DNA of 57,366 nt, filler included, from Porpidia crustulata (lineage: Eukaryota): assembly GCA_964255105.1 (NCBI GenBank). It is 7 parts of 7 records of this genome, joined end to end, with 100 filler letters (N's around TTAATTAATTAA, not from the genome) between each part and the next. Parts side by side here need not be neighbours in the genome. Positions count along the whole stretch, not along the records: positions 24,679 to 32,792 come from CAXUWE010001168.1; positions 32,893 to 40,989 come from CAXUWE010001169.1; 5 more parts are not named here. One strand, given 5' to 3'. Every line of letters begins with the position of its first letter. The stretch's first letter is position 1. Made by a program: the position numbers and the translations under genes. Shown piece after piece: positions 27,753 through 39,401 of this stretch. The notes beneath the pieces are model-generated. The model had not been told where the DNA came from. It made no database searches and saw nothing but the letters and a program-made list of their open reading frames with translations.

Positions 27753-30279
27753 CTACTGTTCAACCGTGTCTTCAAATATCTCCGGAGTAGAATCGCTATC
27801 CCAGATGTCTTGGGCGCTGAAGCTGGGGATTGGCTCGACATCCGTATTCATCTTGCTGGCTACCCTCGCTACCAGTTTCTGGAACGCCAGAGCGGTGTTT
27901 GGATCCGAGTTGTGTATCTGGACAAGCTCACGAGCCGTAAGATGGTCTTTGTTCCTAGCATCAAGATCCACATCGCCCAGATCAAAGTCTGACAGGTATT
28001 CGATGATATTAACGTCAGGAAACTTGGCCACGAGATATAACAGAGTCTCATCACCCTCGGACAAAAGGTTGTGCGTAGCTCCGGATAGTAGAAGGAGCTT
28101 CATGGATTCGAAGCGACTAAATTTGATTGACAAAGCGAGCGGCGATTGCCCTTCATTGTCCAGAATATCAAGGTCTGTACCGTTTTTTATTAGAAAGGTG
28201 GCGCTTCTTGGGTGATTCTGGACAATTGCTGATGATAGGGCGGTCTTTCCTGCGTATGTGCGCTTATCGATATCAGCACCATAATCAAGGAGAGGCTTGA
28301 CATAGGCTAGATCATCATTGAAAGCGCAAGCATAGTGGAGGGCATTCCAGCCTCTCATCTGTTGGGTGATTCTGACACCGTATTTGATCAGCATCAGGAT
28401 AATTTTTGGTGTTTTTGCTTGGGCCGCATAATGCAATGGTGTTGTATTTGTATTGTCATTACTGTTCGGATAAGCGCCGTATTCTGAGAGCATTCTGACC
28501 GCCTTAGCTTCACCCCTTTGTGCTGCCCAAGAAAGTGGAGACCTCCCAATGGAATCGACAGTGTCCAAATTTGCGGTAGACTTTTGCAGCTCTTCCTGAA
28601 TGTTGCCAGGTCGAATGTGAAGGATGATAGAATGTAGATCTGAGAATTTTCCGTGCTCCAGGAATTGTGTATCAAAAAATAATTTCCGTAGATTGTTGAT
28701 GACGGAGATCTCTGCACTGTTGCCCAGAATTTTGGCTCCTGCATAGTCTACAGCAGTCCTGCAAACAGTCAATCAACGCAGACTCTGGATCCCTAACAAT
28801 CGTCGAACTTACGTAGGTGCCTCAGTCTCCATATATGGGTGTCCCCCAGCCTGCAGGAGTAGCTTACAGATGTCGACTTGATTGTTCTGGATGGCATACT
28901 ACTCCATTCATTTACTTAGCAAGAACTGTATGTCAGAAACAAGGTCGACTTCCTCAAGAATACTTACATGAAAGGGAGTCCGCCCACTATCGAATCTGAC
29001 GTCGCTTGGCGACGCACGACCTCGTTCGAACAACTGTTTCATATTGCCAACATCTCCTGTGGTAGCATAATGAAAGACCAAGGCCTTTCCGTCAACAACG
29101 CGATTGAATCGCAAGGACAACTCTGGTCCATACATCGCCGTAGCCTCGGCCTTCAATTGAACCATTTGTGATATTACAAACCATCGAGGAAATTTGTATA
29201 CGAAACTCGCTGACGAGTCCTTCCGTCCACGATAAGAAACCTGGTCGCACTTTTGACTTGGTAGTGGTGAGCCAGAATATCCAACAAACAAAGTTCCTAG
29301 GAACCCATCCAGTAGACGCGGGGTATTGAGACGTCGGCGTATATGACAGGAGCATTTACAACTTCTGCTGCACTCAAATACGTTCCTCAGGTCAGCACAA
29401 ACACCAATGCTGCTCCATCGGCCGACTTGACTCGATACAAAATCTGACCCTAGGGAGCTATTTTCTGGAACAGCAGACAATTCCTGTACTTGCATGACGG
29501 AATTACCATGCTCGTTGGTCTGTAGAGCCTTGGTGATACTGTCGACTGATGGTTCTGGCTTCCCTTGAATATTCGTCCTATTGTGCTATGTTTCGCACCC
29601 ATACAACTGGAAATTTTCAAGTTGCGCTAAGACTTGTGCACAAAACTGGTCTTGAGCACATCGATCTTGATGACGCTCCTCAATGAGTTTATCTTCTAGA
29701 CGCCGCTGATTGACACTTGTATAATTAGTGACCATATAAATGTTTCGGACGTCAAGTTCAATACGTAGCGAAGAGGACCTGTACGCCATTAAATGAATGA
29801 ACACATCGGGTGAGTTCCTGAACTGGGCAAAGAACTTACGCATTGAAAGTTGCCAAGACAATTGATAGATTAATCCTGCCATCTCGTAACTCAGTTTGGA
29901 GACTTTGGACCTTTGATATCACTTTTAACCAGGATATTCGCGAGAATTCAGCTCCGTTAGATGTCGAAGAGGGCGGGTTTACACAAGAACGGAACAAAGC
30001 CTCCAGCTCTCGGGCTTTTTCACGGATATTCGTTAGAGCCAAGGTCAAATGTGATCCCTTATCACTTAATGAGTCTATTTTATTTTGAGACTCTTTCATG
30101 ACCCAGGCAACCTCTGTGACGGCCGCGGTAATATCAGCAACTTCGTTGTTTAGAGCCTCTAGTTGACCCGGCGCATCACGATAAGATTTGATCAGATGAA
30201 ACGCTTTTTCTAAGGTTGAAAGAACAGTGAGAGTGCTGGCGGTGATTGATAAAGGATCCATAGTGAGCAAAGACATCAC
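27753..30279 (-). pseudogene. HeLo-like N-terminal domain plus ankyrin-repeat protein with one in-frame TAG at 29586-29588
   Basis: MDPLSITAS...YRDAPGQLEALNNEV N-terminus, C.CSCH...G.LFVGYSG...Y.FPRWF middle block and ankyrin repeats (GRSPLSWAA, TPLHYAA, NALHYAC, GKTALSSAI). ORFs 29586..29882 and 28908..29495 are in the same frame, separated by a single TAG. Confidence 0.75.
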
Positions 30280-32792
30280 CCTTGCCAGATGTTTCTAAAT
30301 TCACTGATAGCCAGAAACCAATATGGTCTCGTTGATTGCTTTCTTCGTCGATTGGTACGAGAGGCTATTGGGGTTCACTCGTCTTTTCGCTGTTAGAAGC
30401 CACATGGTATGACTAGGGGCTATAGCAGACCAGCGTTCCTACTATGTCTACAGAGATTTCGAGGAGAACTCCCCTTTAAATCTCGTATCGTAGAATATCA
30501 GAGAAGCGCTCATAGCACACCAGCTATATTAGCGATTTTTGACATTTAACACTGTATCCCAAGCATCCGAATTAGAACCGATGCGAAGAGCAAGAAATGG
30601 CATTTAGGCAGCACCCTTGCTAACCCTAGGCAAGGCTCGAAATCGTTTGATCTTCGGACACTTAGGCGAATTCCGGCGCTGAAAAGATAAGCCAAGCTTG
30701 CGCGATGAAAGCGAAATAAAAATCTTGTGAACGCAAAACAGCGAATTTCGTTATGGTTTGATCATGAGTAACGTTCATAATCTAGAGTTTTGAATCGCAA
30801 TTCATTTCAACGTTTAATAATGCGTCGTTGTTGTGATCAAAATTGAAATATGAATCGTTAATTGATCCGAATCGGTTGATGATACGTCGTCACGACCATT
30901 AAATCGGACGCCTTCTCAGCTGCACATACAACATCCGCGTCCATCATTACTCGCGCAGGTGAGAATGCTGCCAAAGAAAATGTCAACGTGGAAACTGGCG
31001 TACCCAACGAACATGTGCCCGCCGGGAAACCTCATCATCAATATCAGAGGTAAATATATGTACATTGGAGAGACATAGATCCCATTCTGGCGTACCGTTA
31101 TAAGTATGGTAAAGCTTGTTCGTACGGGAAAATGACTGGCGGCAGGTATCAAGAAGAGGAAAATGAATTAAAGAACATGACGTAGAGGACGGCATGCGGA
31201 GATAAACATAACAGAACTTCAAGCGTGCAAAGCTTGCAATAGATTTCTGTACATGACATTCCCATGAGAGATTTGCTTTGTGCAACAGGCCCCTATTAAC
31301 TGTTGATGGTTTGAAATCTTTCTCGACTTGCTAGTTTCTTGAGTCGAGAAGGTCGGGACGCAAAGATCCACGAGGAGTATGAGGTTCCATCTCTTTGTGA
31401 TAAAGAAGACGAGAGCAACTCATTTCGTTAGTAAAAATATGATCCAAATTGGAGAAAGCCTATGTCATCGACGACGCGACGGTAATTCTTTCTCCTGTCA
31501 GCTTGTAATTCCCATCCAAAGACGGCAAACTATAGAGGAGGGTCTTTCAGGCTGGAACAATAATATTTGACCCATAACTGCATGTAATCATCTTAGGGAT
31601 GGATACGATTATGATCGATCCCTACAGACTATGTGAGTGCTTGAAGCCATTCAATGAGGTCTGCATACCCTCATCTGCCAAACCGACAAGCGAGCGGTGG
31701 TAACTTTTGGTTTCACGCCCGAATAAAGCTTCTTTGTACGGCTTAATATAGCGCTCTATAATGATTACATCGATGTGCTGCAAAAAGTGGTTGAGAATAT
31801 TACTTATAATTACATACTACAAGAGATATATGATTAGAATAATTGGTACTGCTAAAAGTGTTACAAACCCTGTCAGTCCGATGGAGCATAATGTTGGTGT
31901 AGAAACTGAAGTAAGAGATGAAGAATCGGAATTGATAATTTTCGTACCATTTTCAGATGCCGTGATAAAGCTTGGGCGGAATGTATCTGCTTTGGTCCCC
32001 TCTTGATGTGGATTGCATATTGATCCAGAGCGTCTCTTGAATTTCCAAAAATTGAACAGCAAGAAAACGCCTGAGCTTGAAAAAAAATCCACGAACTGAC
32101 AGCCGATGCCGATGGCAATTACATAAATCGAGTTGATCCGGTCTTGACAGTTGCTGTGTCTCTACGTATCCCTGCCACTTTAGATATGACACTAAGAATC
32201 AAGCGAGAGAAGTGCACGATAAACTAAAGACAGGAGATGAAGTAGAAATAAGGCGATAGTGGTTTCGTAGAGCCACGAGTACGTTGAGGGCTTCTCGTTA
32301 CACACGGCAGAGGATGCTTCACCACTTCGTGCGTTCTGAAAGGTGCTGCCAACATATCAGATACCAATATGACGTCGGCGAACAGTTCGTCTGCAGCAGA
32401 GGTTACACGAGGATGCACAGTCAAGTCCTCAAGATACAATGGTTCGACCTCAAGAACCAGCAAAGCTACCCTATTACTTAGCCTTTCCTCTAACGCAGGG
32501 CAAACTCAACCGCTGGAAATGGTTAGATGGTGCGAGGTGCTGCGATGGTACTATCTACCTCTCGAGCCTGAACGTATATGAAAGGCAGCTACTAGCCCAG
32601 ATTAAAGTCTTCTGCATCAAAGTGTCCATCTTGGCACAAGCTTGCGAACTGAACAGTCTAGAATTTTCTGGCAAGTAGTGCGGGAAGAAATCCGCCCAGG
32701 TGCAATGGTCAACATATCGAGATCGCGAGGATGCATTATGTAACGGTTGTCCCTTTAACAACACAAGATATAAACAGAGAGAGTAATAGACT

Positions 32793-32892
32793 NNNNNNNN
32801 NNNNNNNNNNNNNNNNNNNNNNNNNNNNNNNNNNNNTTAATTAATTAANNNNNNNNNNNNNNNNNNNNNNNNNNNNNNNNNNNNNNNNNNNN
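32793..32892. other. Artificial contig linker
   Basis: N44-TTAATTAATTAA-N44. Confidence 0.98.
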
Positions 32893-33436
32893 TTAGAGGT
32901 GATTCACAATGAGTTTCACACAATCAGACGGTTGTCGTGGGTAGTAGTGGCTTTGTAGAATCCCATCTATTCTCGCTCTCTTCTATGCTCATGCCCATGT
33001 TATGCTATGCCATGCCAACTTCACGCTATTTCATGCCCGTAAAACATATGCAACCATCCTCACTCATCCCAGCCTCCAACCTCCATGCTCCTGGGAACCA
33101 ACCTGCCGCTTTCCATCTCCGGATCTCAAACCCGCGTCCATCACGACCACGACCTTCTTTGAGCCCACCCATTCGCTCCCTTCTAACATACGCTTCCAAG
33201 CCTGACCGCCTGAACAGAACAGATGCACCCGCTAAAATGACAACAATGCCTCAAAAGGATGGGGTATAAAAGCTGCAAGAAAGACGGAAAACCATGCATC
33301 CTCTGAAACAATCATGGGTTCCCCAACGTAAGAATGCCGGGTACCTTTGAAGGCATCTTGACTCATCGCCTTCGTCGCCAATGGAATAACCATCACCTGC
33401 TGGCCTCGATCCATGCCCCTTTCTCACTGTTCCACA

Positions 33437-36400
33437 CTATACCTCCATATCCATCAACTCACTTTCATTGTTATTCCTACTCATGTTCTCTTTTCCTTTC
33501 CCAATGTCATCATCCTCTGCAGACGCTTCCTCACTCTCTGTCCCCATGCTCCTCTTTATTGTCTTCTCCGCCAACGGCGATTGGTCTTCGTTAGCAGCGT
33601 CTTTGTTCCTCGCCCACCAAATACCTTTTTCATTACTGCTTGTCTGGTATTCGCGATTGGTGGTAGAACGGAGGACGGTAGGAGAGCTCGCGTCCAGGGG
33701 CACGGAACCGAGCGACTTATTGACTGGTGATGACATAAGAGATTTGCCGGTACTTACACTTCCAGTTGTGCGCATCCTCTTCTTCTTAGGCTTTCTCTTC
33801 TTTTTCCCTCTGTTGCCAGTGGTTTCGCCCAAGGGCTGGGTTTCATTATCGAAGTGGGCTTTCTTAGGGGAAGGTTCTCTGATTTCGATAATGGTAGGCT
33901 CTTTTTCCGAATCTCTGATCAGCGTGGGCTGGAAAGTTTGCTGTTTCCTTTTTCTAGGTTTTAGGCTACCTGCGAATAATGGAGCAGTCTCTGCAGTGAC
34001 AAGTGGAGAATCTGGCAATCTGATTTTGGAGGGACAAGGGAACCCTAGCGAATCAAGGTCTACTAAGGCGTATTCGGCTTGCGTGTCGGCTATAGGTGGA
34101 TCATCTGATCTGACAGCATTCGGACAGATGTTTGTGGACCTGGGCTCAGACGGAGCAGTGTCATTTTCCAACAAAGTAAGTTCCTGCACAACGGTTGTGA
34201 GAGCCTCTTGAATTTGATTGAATTCGCCATTTATTATTTTAGGCGACGATTCTCCGCCGCTTTGGTCACCCCGAGGCTCAAGCCCAGCTATTACGCTCGA
34301 CGTTCGACGAGCAGGGCTCGATCTCACGTGAAGGGTTGGAAAGGGTGGAGGGACATAACACAACGGACTTGAGGTTGTCACAGCACAGCTATTTGTAGTA
34401 CGGATGCTCTCTGTGGATGCCGATCTGGAGTATTGGACTGGCGTACTTGGTGGACTGTAAATACGCTCAAGATTTTTTTCTATAGCTTGTGGCGATAACC
34501 CGTAAAGTCTCAAGCCATCTCTGAATGCCTCTCGATCAGCCGACTCCGGCGTACGAGGAGGTGAGAACCTCTCCCAATCTTCCGGGATATCGCAAGATGC
34601 AGTCCTCTTTCCGTCTATAGCTGTGGTCTCCAAGATGTCGTGGTCATTAATAAGTTCGGTATCGAGCAAAATTCGAGACAGCTGGCCACCATGACTTTGA
34701 GATGAGGCTAAGGTAAAAGCATTGGGAAAAGCTTCAGTCTCTACAGCCAGGGCGCAGGCGCTGGCTTCGCAGTTCCCCGAACCTTTTCCTGCAGCATCCT
34801 TTTCCCTGCCCCCAAGCGTTTTTCTTTGTTCCTCACAATCCTTGTGAAGTCCATTGTGGTGCGCTGAGGTCAACCGGTGGAAATTTTGGGTTCTTAGAAC
34901 AAGATCTTCAAATTCTTCATCGTCCAATTTCGTGTTTGTTACTCCCAGAATGTGTTTGCAGGATAGGCGGCCCTCATCTACTGACGACGTGGAGACTGAT
35001 AATCCCAGACTCTGTTGATCTGCGTCTTCCATATCCGTGTCGTAGCCTATTATACTATCGAAAAGACCTAAACGGTCTGATTCAGACTTCATTGAAACAA
35101 GGCCACTATCACTTTCAGCTTGTTGCTCATTACCCGACGAAGCCCCCCTCGGAGAATTCGAGCATCCTGTGTCCGTTGCATCTAGAACATTGCCAGAGAC
35201 TCTGTTATTAGCTTCTACATAGAAATCTAGCATTGGTGTTGGAGAACTCGAATACCGAGACTGAGCCTCAGAGTCTGTCGAAGCCTCGCATGAGCTTTCA
35301 AGAAGCTCAAGGGCTTCAAGCTTCTTCTGCAAAGAAGTATTCGAAGGGTTCCGCGACTCCAATACCATATTCTCGGTATCATTGCGTTCGGGAGTAGCTA
35401 GTCTGGCTTGCTGATGAACCTGGCTTAAGCTTACACCGTTCTTGTCGCCGGACCTTCGTACTAGCTTTCTTGAAGGCGATCTTGATAGTCCCAGTTCAGA
35501 ATCCGACCCTTGATCCGAGTATGTTGTTCCACTCATGGTCCGGATCGCAAGATAACGGTCGTTCCGATCTGCACGGGCTTCATCCCAAGCGTGTCGCGGC
35601 CCCATATAAGGTATGCCCGGGCTTGATGCTGCTGATTCCATACTGGTTTCATAGACATTTGAGGGAAGTCTGATATAAGAAGACCTTTCTATAGCTGCGG
35701 CAGTAGTTGGCTCTGGAGGATGGCACTCCAGAAAAAAGTCATAGCTGTGAGACCGATGAGCCAAAGGGCTATCCGGTTGATCTATCCGTGCGCCTGTCTG
35801 CACAGGTTCACTGGGGAATTTAGGCATGGACAACTCTGAGCGAATCACAGTCAATGGAGATTTCAAGGAGTTACCAGGTCCTGTGTCTGGAATAGCAGCA
35901 CTAACAAGAGGAGACCCTTGGCTCCCCTTGGCCTTTTGGTATGGTGATGGTGTTTGCTGGATTTGAACGCGAGCCTGGGTACCTTTGACAAACAAAGATC
36001 TAGCACTGATCGGGGTCCTTCTCGCTTGGGCCGTAAGCGGTGTGGAGTAGGACTGCGATGCTATGCTAGCCGGAGAAAAGCCGTCATTTTTGACAGGGTC
36101 ACCGATGCATTCGATATCTGAGGCGTAATCCTCTTGTTCCTGTGCAATATGCTTGTTGGCTCCGGATGTTGAACGGCATGAATCAAACATGGCCGAATCG
36201 TACATAACCTCGTGTGGAGGCTCAGTGTACGGATCATCCAAAAGTAAGGAATGTTTAGTAGAGCTAAGAGGCATGTTAATCATTGGCAGTGGTAGCGGCA
36301 CGAGATTTGTTGGACTCGGCCATAGTTGCTTAGGCGCATAATGACCATGGGCCACGGTCTGGTTCTCTATTTTCTTTGTAGGAGAATCTGAAGTGGGTCT

Positions 36401-36895
36401 ATCTCTCACAGATGTTTCTGTGAAAGAGTAGCTTGGGATATCGACGTCTAGGGAGGGGGCAGCTTCTACTGGTCTGGTGCGAAGAATTGTGGGTGTCTCG
36501 AGGCTATTGGCCACACTACCCTGACTGGTGTGGTCTGTAAGACCTTGACGGCCACGTGACGAGGACCAAATGGCAGGACGATGACCGGTTTTCCTAGGAG
36601 TCTTCACTTCAGAAGCGTCCGTGTTGGCTTTTTCCGATCTGTCTTGAGTGGTATAGAAAATCTGGGTTTTGGCGCGAATTGTATCCGAGAAGGCTTGAAA
36701 GGTCGTCGATGCGGCCTTGTGCAGTCTTCCTGGAGACACTTCTTGGATTGAACCTAGAAGACTGGAACTAGTTGTGCCCGAGTATTCTGTACTAGCTGAC
36801 GACATAGAAGTCCGATAACCTCCATGGAAATCACGATTGTTCTCATTGTTGCCTCGGTCCCACACTTTACTAAGTCTTTTGCGAATGAAAGACAT
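33437..36895 (-). CDS. Large Ser/Pro-rich, probably disordered hypothetical protein (1152 aa) with a C-terminal basic NLS-like patch
   Basis: 3.46-kb uninterrupted ORF with RGKKKRKPKKKRMR near the C-terminus. No recognised domain. Confidence 0.8.
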   Translation of the reverse strand: MSFIRKRLSKVWDRGNNENNRDFHGGYRTSMSSASTEYSGTTSSSLLGSIQEVSPGRLHKAASTTFQAFSDTIRAKTQIFYTTQDRSEKANTDASEVKTPRKTGHRPAIWSSSRGRQGLTDHTSQGSVANSLETPTILRTRPVEAAPSLDVDIPSYSFTETSVRDRPTSDSPTKKIENQTVAHGHYAPKQLWPSPTNLVPLPLPMINMPLSSTKHSLLLDDPYTEPPHEVMYDSAMFDSCRSTSGANKHIAQEQEDYASDIECIGDPVKNDGFSPASIASQSYSTPLTAQARRTPISARSLFVKGTQARVQIQQTPSPYQKAKGSQGSPLVSAAIPDTGPGNSLKSPLTVIRSELSMPKFPSEPVQTGARIDQPDSPLAHRSHSYDFFLECHPPEPTTAAAIERSSYIRLPSNVYETSMESAASSPGIPYMGPRHAWDEARADRNDRYLAIRTMSGTTYSDQGSDSELGLSRSPSRKLVRRSGDKNGVSLSQVHQQARLATPERNDTENMVLESRNPSNTSLQKKLEALELLESSCEASTDSEAQSRYSSSPTPMLDFYVEANNRVSGNVLDATDTGCSNSPRGASSGNEQQAESDSGLVSMKSESDRLGLFDSIIGYDTDMEDADQQSLGLSVSTSSVDEGRLSCKHILGVTNTKLDDEEFEDLVLRTQNFHRLTSAHHNGLHKDCEEQRKTLGGREKDAAGKGSGNCEASACALAVETEAFPNAFTLASSQSHGGQLSRILLDTELINDHDILETTAIDGKRTASCDIPEDWERFSPPRTPESADREAFRDGLRLYGLSPQAIEKNLERIYSPPSTPVQYSRSASTESIRTTNSCAVTTSSPLCYVPPPFPTLHVRSSPARRTSSVIAGLEPRGDQSGGESSPKIINGEFNQIQEALTTVVQELTLLENDTAPSEPRSTNICPNAVRSDDPPIADTQAEYALVDLDSLGFPCPSKIRLPDSPLVTAETAPLFAGSLKPRKRKQQTFQPTLIRDSEKEPTIIEIREPSPKKAHFDNETQPLGETTGNRGKKKRKPKKKRMRTTGSVSTGKSLMSSPVNKSLGSVPLDASSPTVLRSTTNREYQTSSNEKGIWWARNKDAANEDQSPLAEKTIKRSMGTESEEASAEDDDIGKGKENMSRNNNESELMDMEV

Positions 36896-37368
36896 TTTAC
36901 TTTGCCTTGAAAGCCTCTAAAGGGTCTAAACGATGTAGAGAATTGAGTAGATTGAGCCAAAGAAGGCTCAACAAGCAAAAAGGATAACACACAAGAATCC
37001 AAGAGTCCACAAGTGATGTGAGTAACAAGAGAGGAAGGGTAAGATCTCAAGGAAAGAAAGAGAAAGACTTACCTTACCTACCGACTGCCTAGCTACTTTC
37101 TACAATCATCAATTGATGTTCAAAATAGGTATGGAAGGAACGCTCGGTACTGAGCCCTAAATACATGAATACTGCGCTAAAGGTAATATTTCAAGCTGCG
37201 CGTGAATCGCGACCCTAATATGTAGATGACCATAGTACACCATAGTACAACAATTTCTAACGTATCCTCGATCTTTCAGAGCAACCCCACCGAGAGTTTA
37301 CTCGTTGATGTATCTCGTAGGCAGTGACATATAATTAGAGCAGTTTAGCGCATATTATTGGTAAAGTT

Positions 37369-38569
37369 ATGGCACCTGGGAGAACTGCTGTTTCGTTTGA
37401 CGAAATTATTCAAGCCGGTGAGTTCGAAAGCAAAGGTCAGCTCGGTCAATATGATGACACTTCTTTGCTAGATCGGCAACGAAGAAAGAATGAAGCACTA
37501 GCGAAGGAGATATTTGGTAAAGCAAAATATCGACGAGCCAGTGCACCTGGCAATGGAAGTCGCAAGGCAAGCACAGGACCTAGTCTGGCTAGCAGAGTCG
37601 GCGTCAACAAGGTACGCACTTTACTGACTTTGTCATTTCAAAATATGACACTCTCGGACTAATGATCTCTTTAGGTGTCTCAGCGTTCAGTGACGTCCGC
37701 GCAGCTACCGAAAGCCAATGTCGAGGCCAGCTGGGGTCACGATCTCCACCATGTGGACAATAACCAACCGTCCCGAGTATCTCGTATTTCTCGAAATAAT
37801 CCACTAACCCACATTACCCGAAACAACCGTCTTTTCGAAGCTATTACGGCAAAAGTATCTCAGACTGAGCCAAGTGATCAGGTCAATGCAAAAAAGCTAG
37901 GTGAAGAGATCACCATAAGAGGTTTAGCTGGCCCTTACGTGGTCGTTGGTACAAACTTTGCATCGGGGACCACTGCCGCCGATATTGAATCAGCTATGGT
38001 TCCTAGTGGCGGTGAAATGCAAACCTGCCGGATTATAGCCTCGGAACCAACTGTTGTTGCAGAAATGGTCTTTGCGGAGAAAGCAAATGCAGAACGGGTG
38101 ATTGCAACGTTCAATAATAAGAGGGTTAGAAGGCATCTCTTGAATTCAAGTTGCCCTGCTGACGCTCCGGATATAGGCCGATGGCCGTATACTTCACCTT
38201 TACATGAAGCAAGGAGGCCCGACGAGCCCTACTGTCACTCCAACTCCAGCTCCGAGCATTCCTAGCGAGCCTCGTGCAGCTCGAATTGATCCGCCTCACC
38301 CTGAGCCATCTTACGATGTTCAGAGAGAACAGTCAGACCGTAGGCGGCGAGCAGAACCTGAATTTCAGGATGGTAGCTACGGATTCGATTCGAAAGATGA
38401 TCGCATGGATGTGGACATGGATGATCGCCCCAATTCCTGGCAGAGCGCTCGCAAGGACAACGTGCGAGGCCGAGACGACAGGCATCGCGGGTACAATGGA
38501 CGAGGTAGAGATAATCGCCGCCTCTACAGCGATGATTTGTATCCACCTCGTGGTCGAGGATTTCGGTGA
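37369..38569 (+). CDS. Conserved fungal RRM-like RNA-binding protein with Aly/Yra1-like motifs, 4 exons
   Basis: SFDEIIQA|DRQRRKNEALA, SLASRVG, WGHDLH, RRM-like VVVGTNFASGTTAADIES...AEMVF....AERVIATFNNKR|ADGRILHLYM and an RG/RD-rich tail. Introns at 37418-37471, from 37612, and 38125-38176. Confidence 0.8.
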
Positions 38570-39401
38570 CATACCTATGATCCACTCACTGGTTGTGTCC
38601 TGCGAAGCGAGATCCTTAAATCCAATCTGAGAAGATGCAACACGCGGTAGAACTCTCCTCGAGGCATTGTTTGGAAATGCATAAAAATTAGTCAGGGGTT
38701 TTGTCCTGGGTTGATAGTGTAGGATAGGCAATGGCCATCCTTATCAACTTTGACGATCCTTCTTACGTATCCCAATCACATTATCATATAGAATTTGCTA
38801 ATAGCATTACCTCCTCTACACCTTCTGTTACTCATAATTCCGAGGCCTTTCCGACAATTCCTACCCATTTCCAAGAGCATTGTGCGTGTAAGGATCACGT
38901 GTAATATAAATAGCATGGTGTGTTTCTCCCATATAAGACGTCAATGGCGGACCTCTGCAGACAATTGCTCAATACTATGTATTCATACAGCGTTCTTGCC
39001 CTTCAGGTACTGTTCAAAAAAATCCATTTCGCAAACCCGACGTTCATCAGTATAAATCAGAATTGATGATTGTTTCGAGATATTTGATGATTCTACGTAG
39101 TCTAGCACTGTGTCGTTCAATCTCGTTTTTTGCGTTCCTCATAAATTGACTTTGTAGCGTTTATATGATGTGTTCTACATATACATCAATACAGTAGTAA
39201 AATTCATGGAGATCGAGTTTCGCGACATGGATTTTTCTGCTTCCCGGGTGAACATGGTTCTTGTGGATATTCTGATTGTATTGAATTTTACATACTCTAT
39301 TATAGTAGCGTGAAAAATAGCATACATCAATGCGGTCGTTACCACACGATGAATCTCTCCCAAACTTTACCCCAGTGCCTCGAATTCAAATATCATTCAA
39401 G

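Noticed and set aside
31500..32790. Degenerate HET-domain or other gene remnant (LWIN-like motif)
   Set aside because: Too little similarity, and no consistent frame could be built.
33468..34211. 247-aa antisense ORF
   Set aside because: It is a shadow of the 1152-aa ORF and has no independent features.
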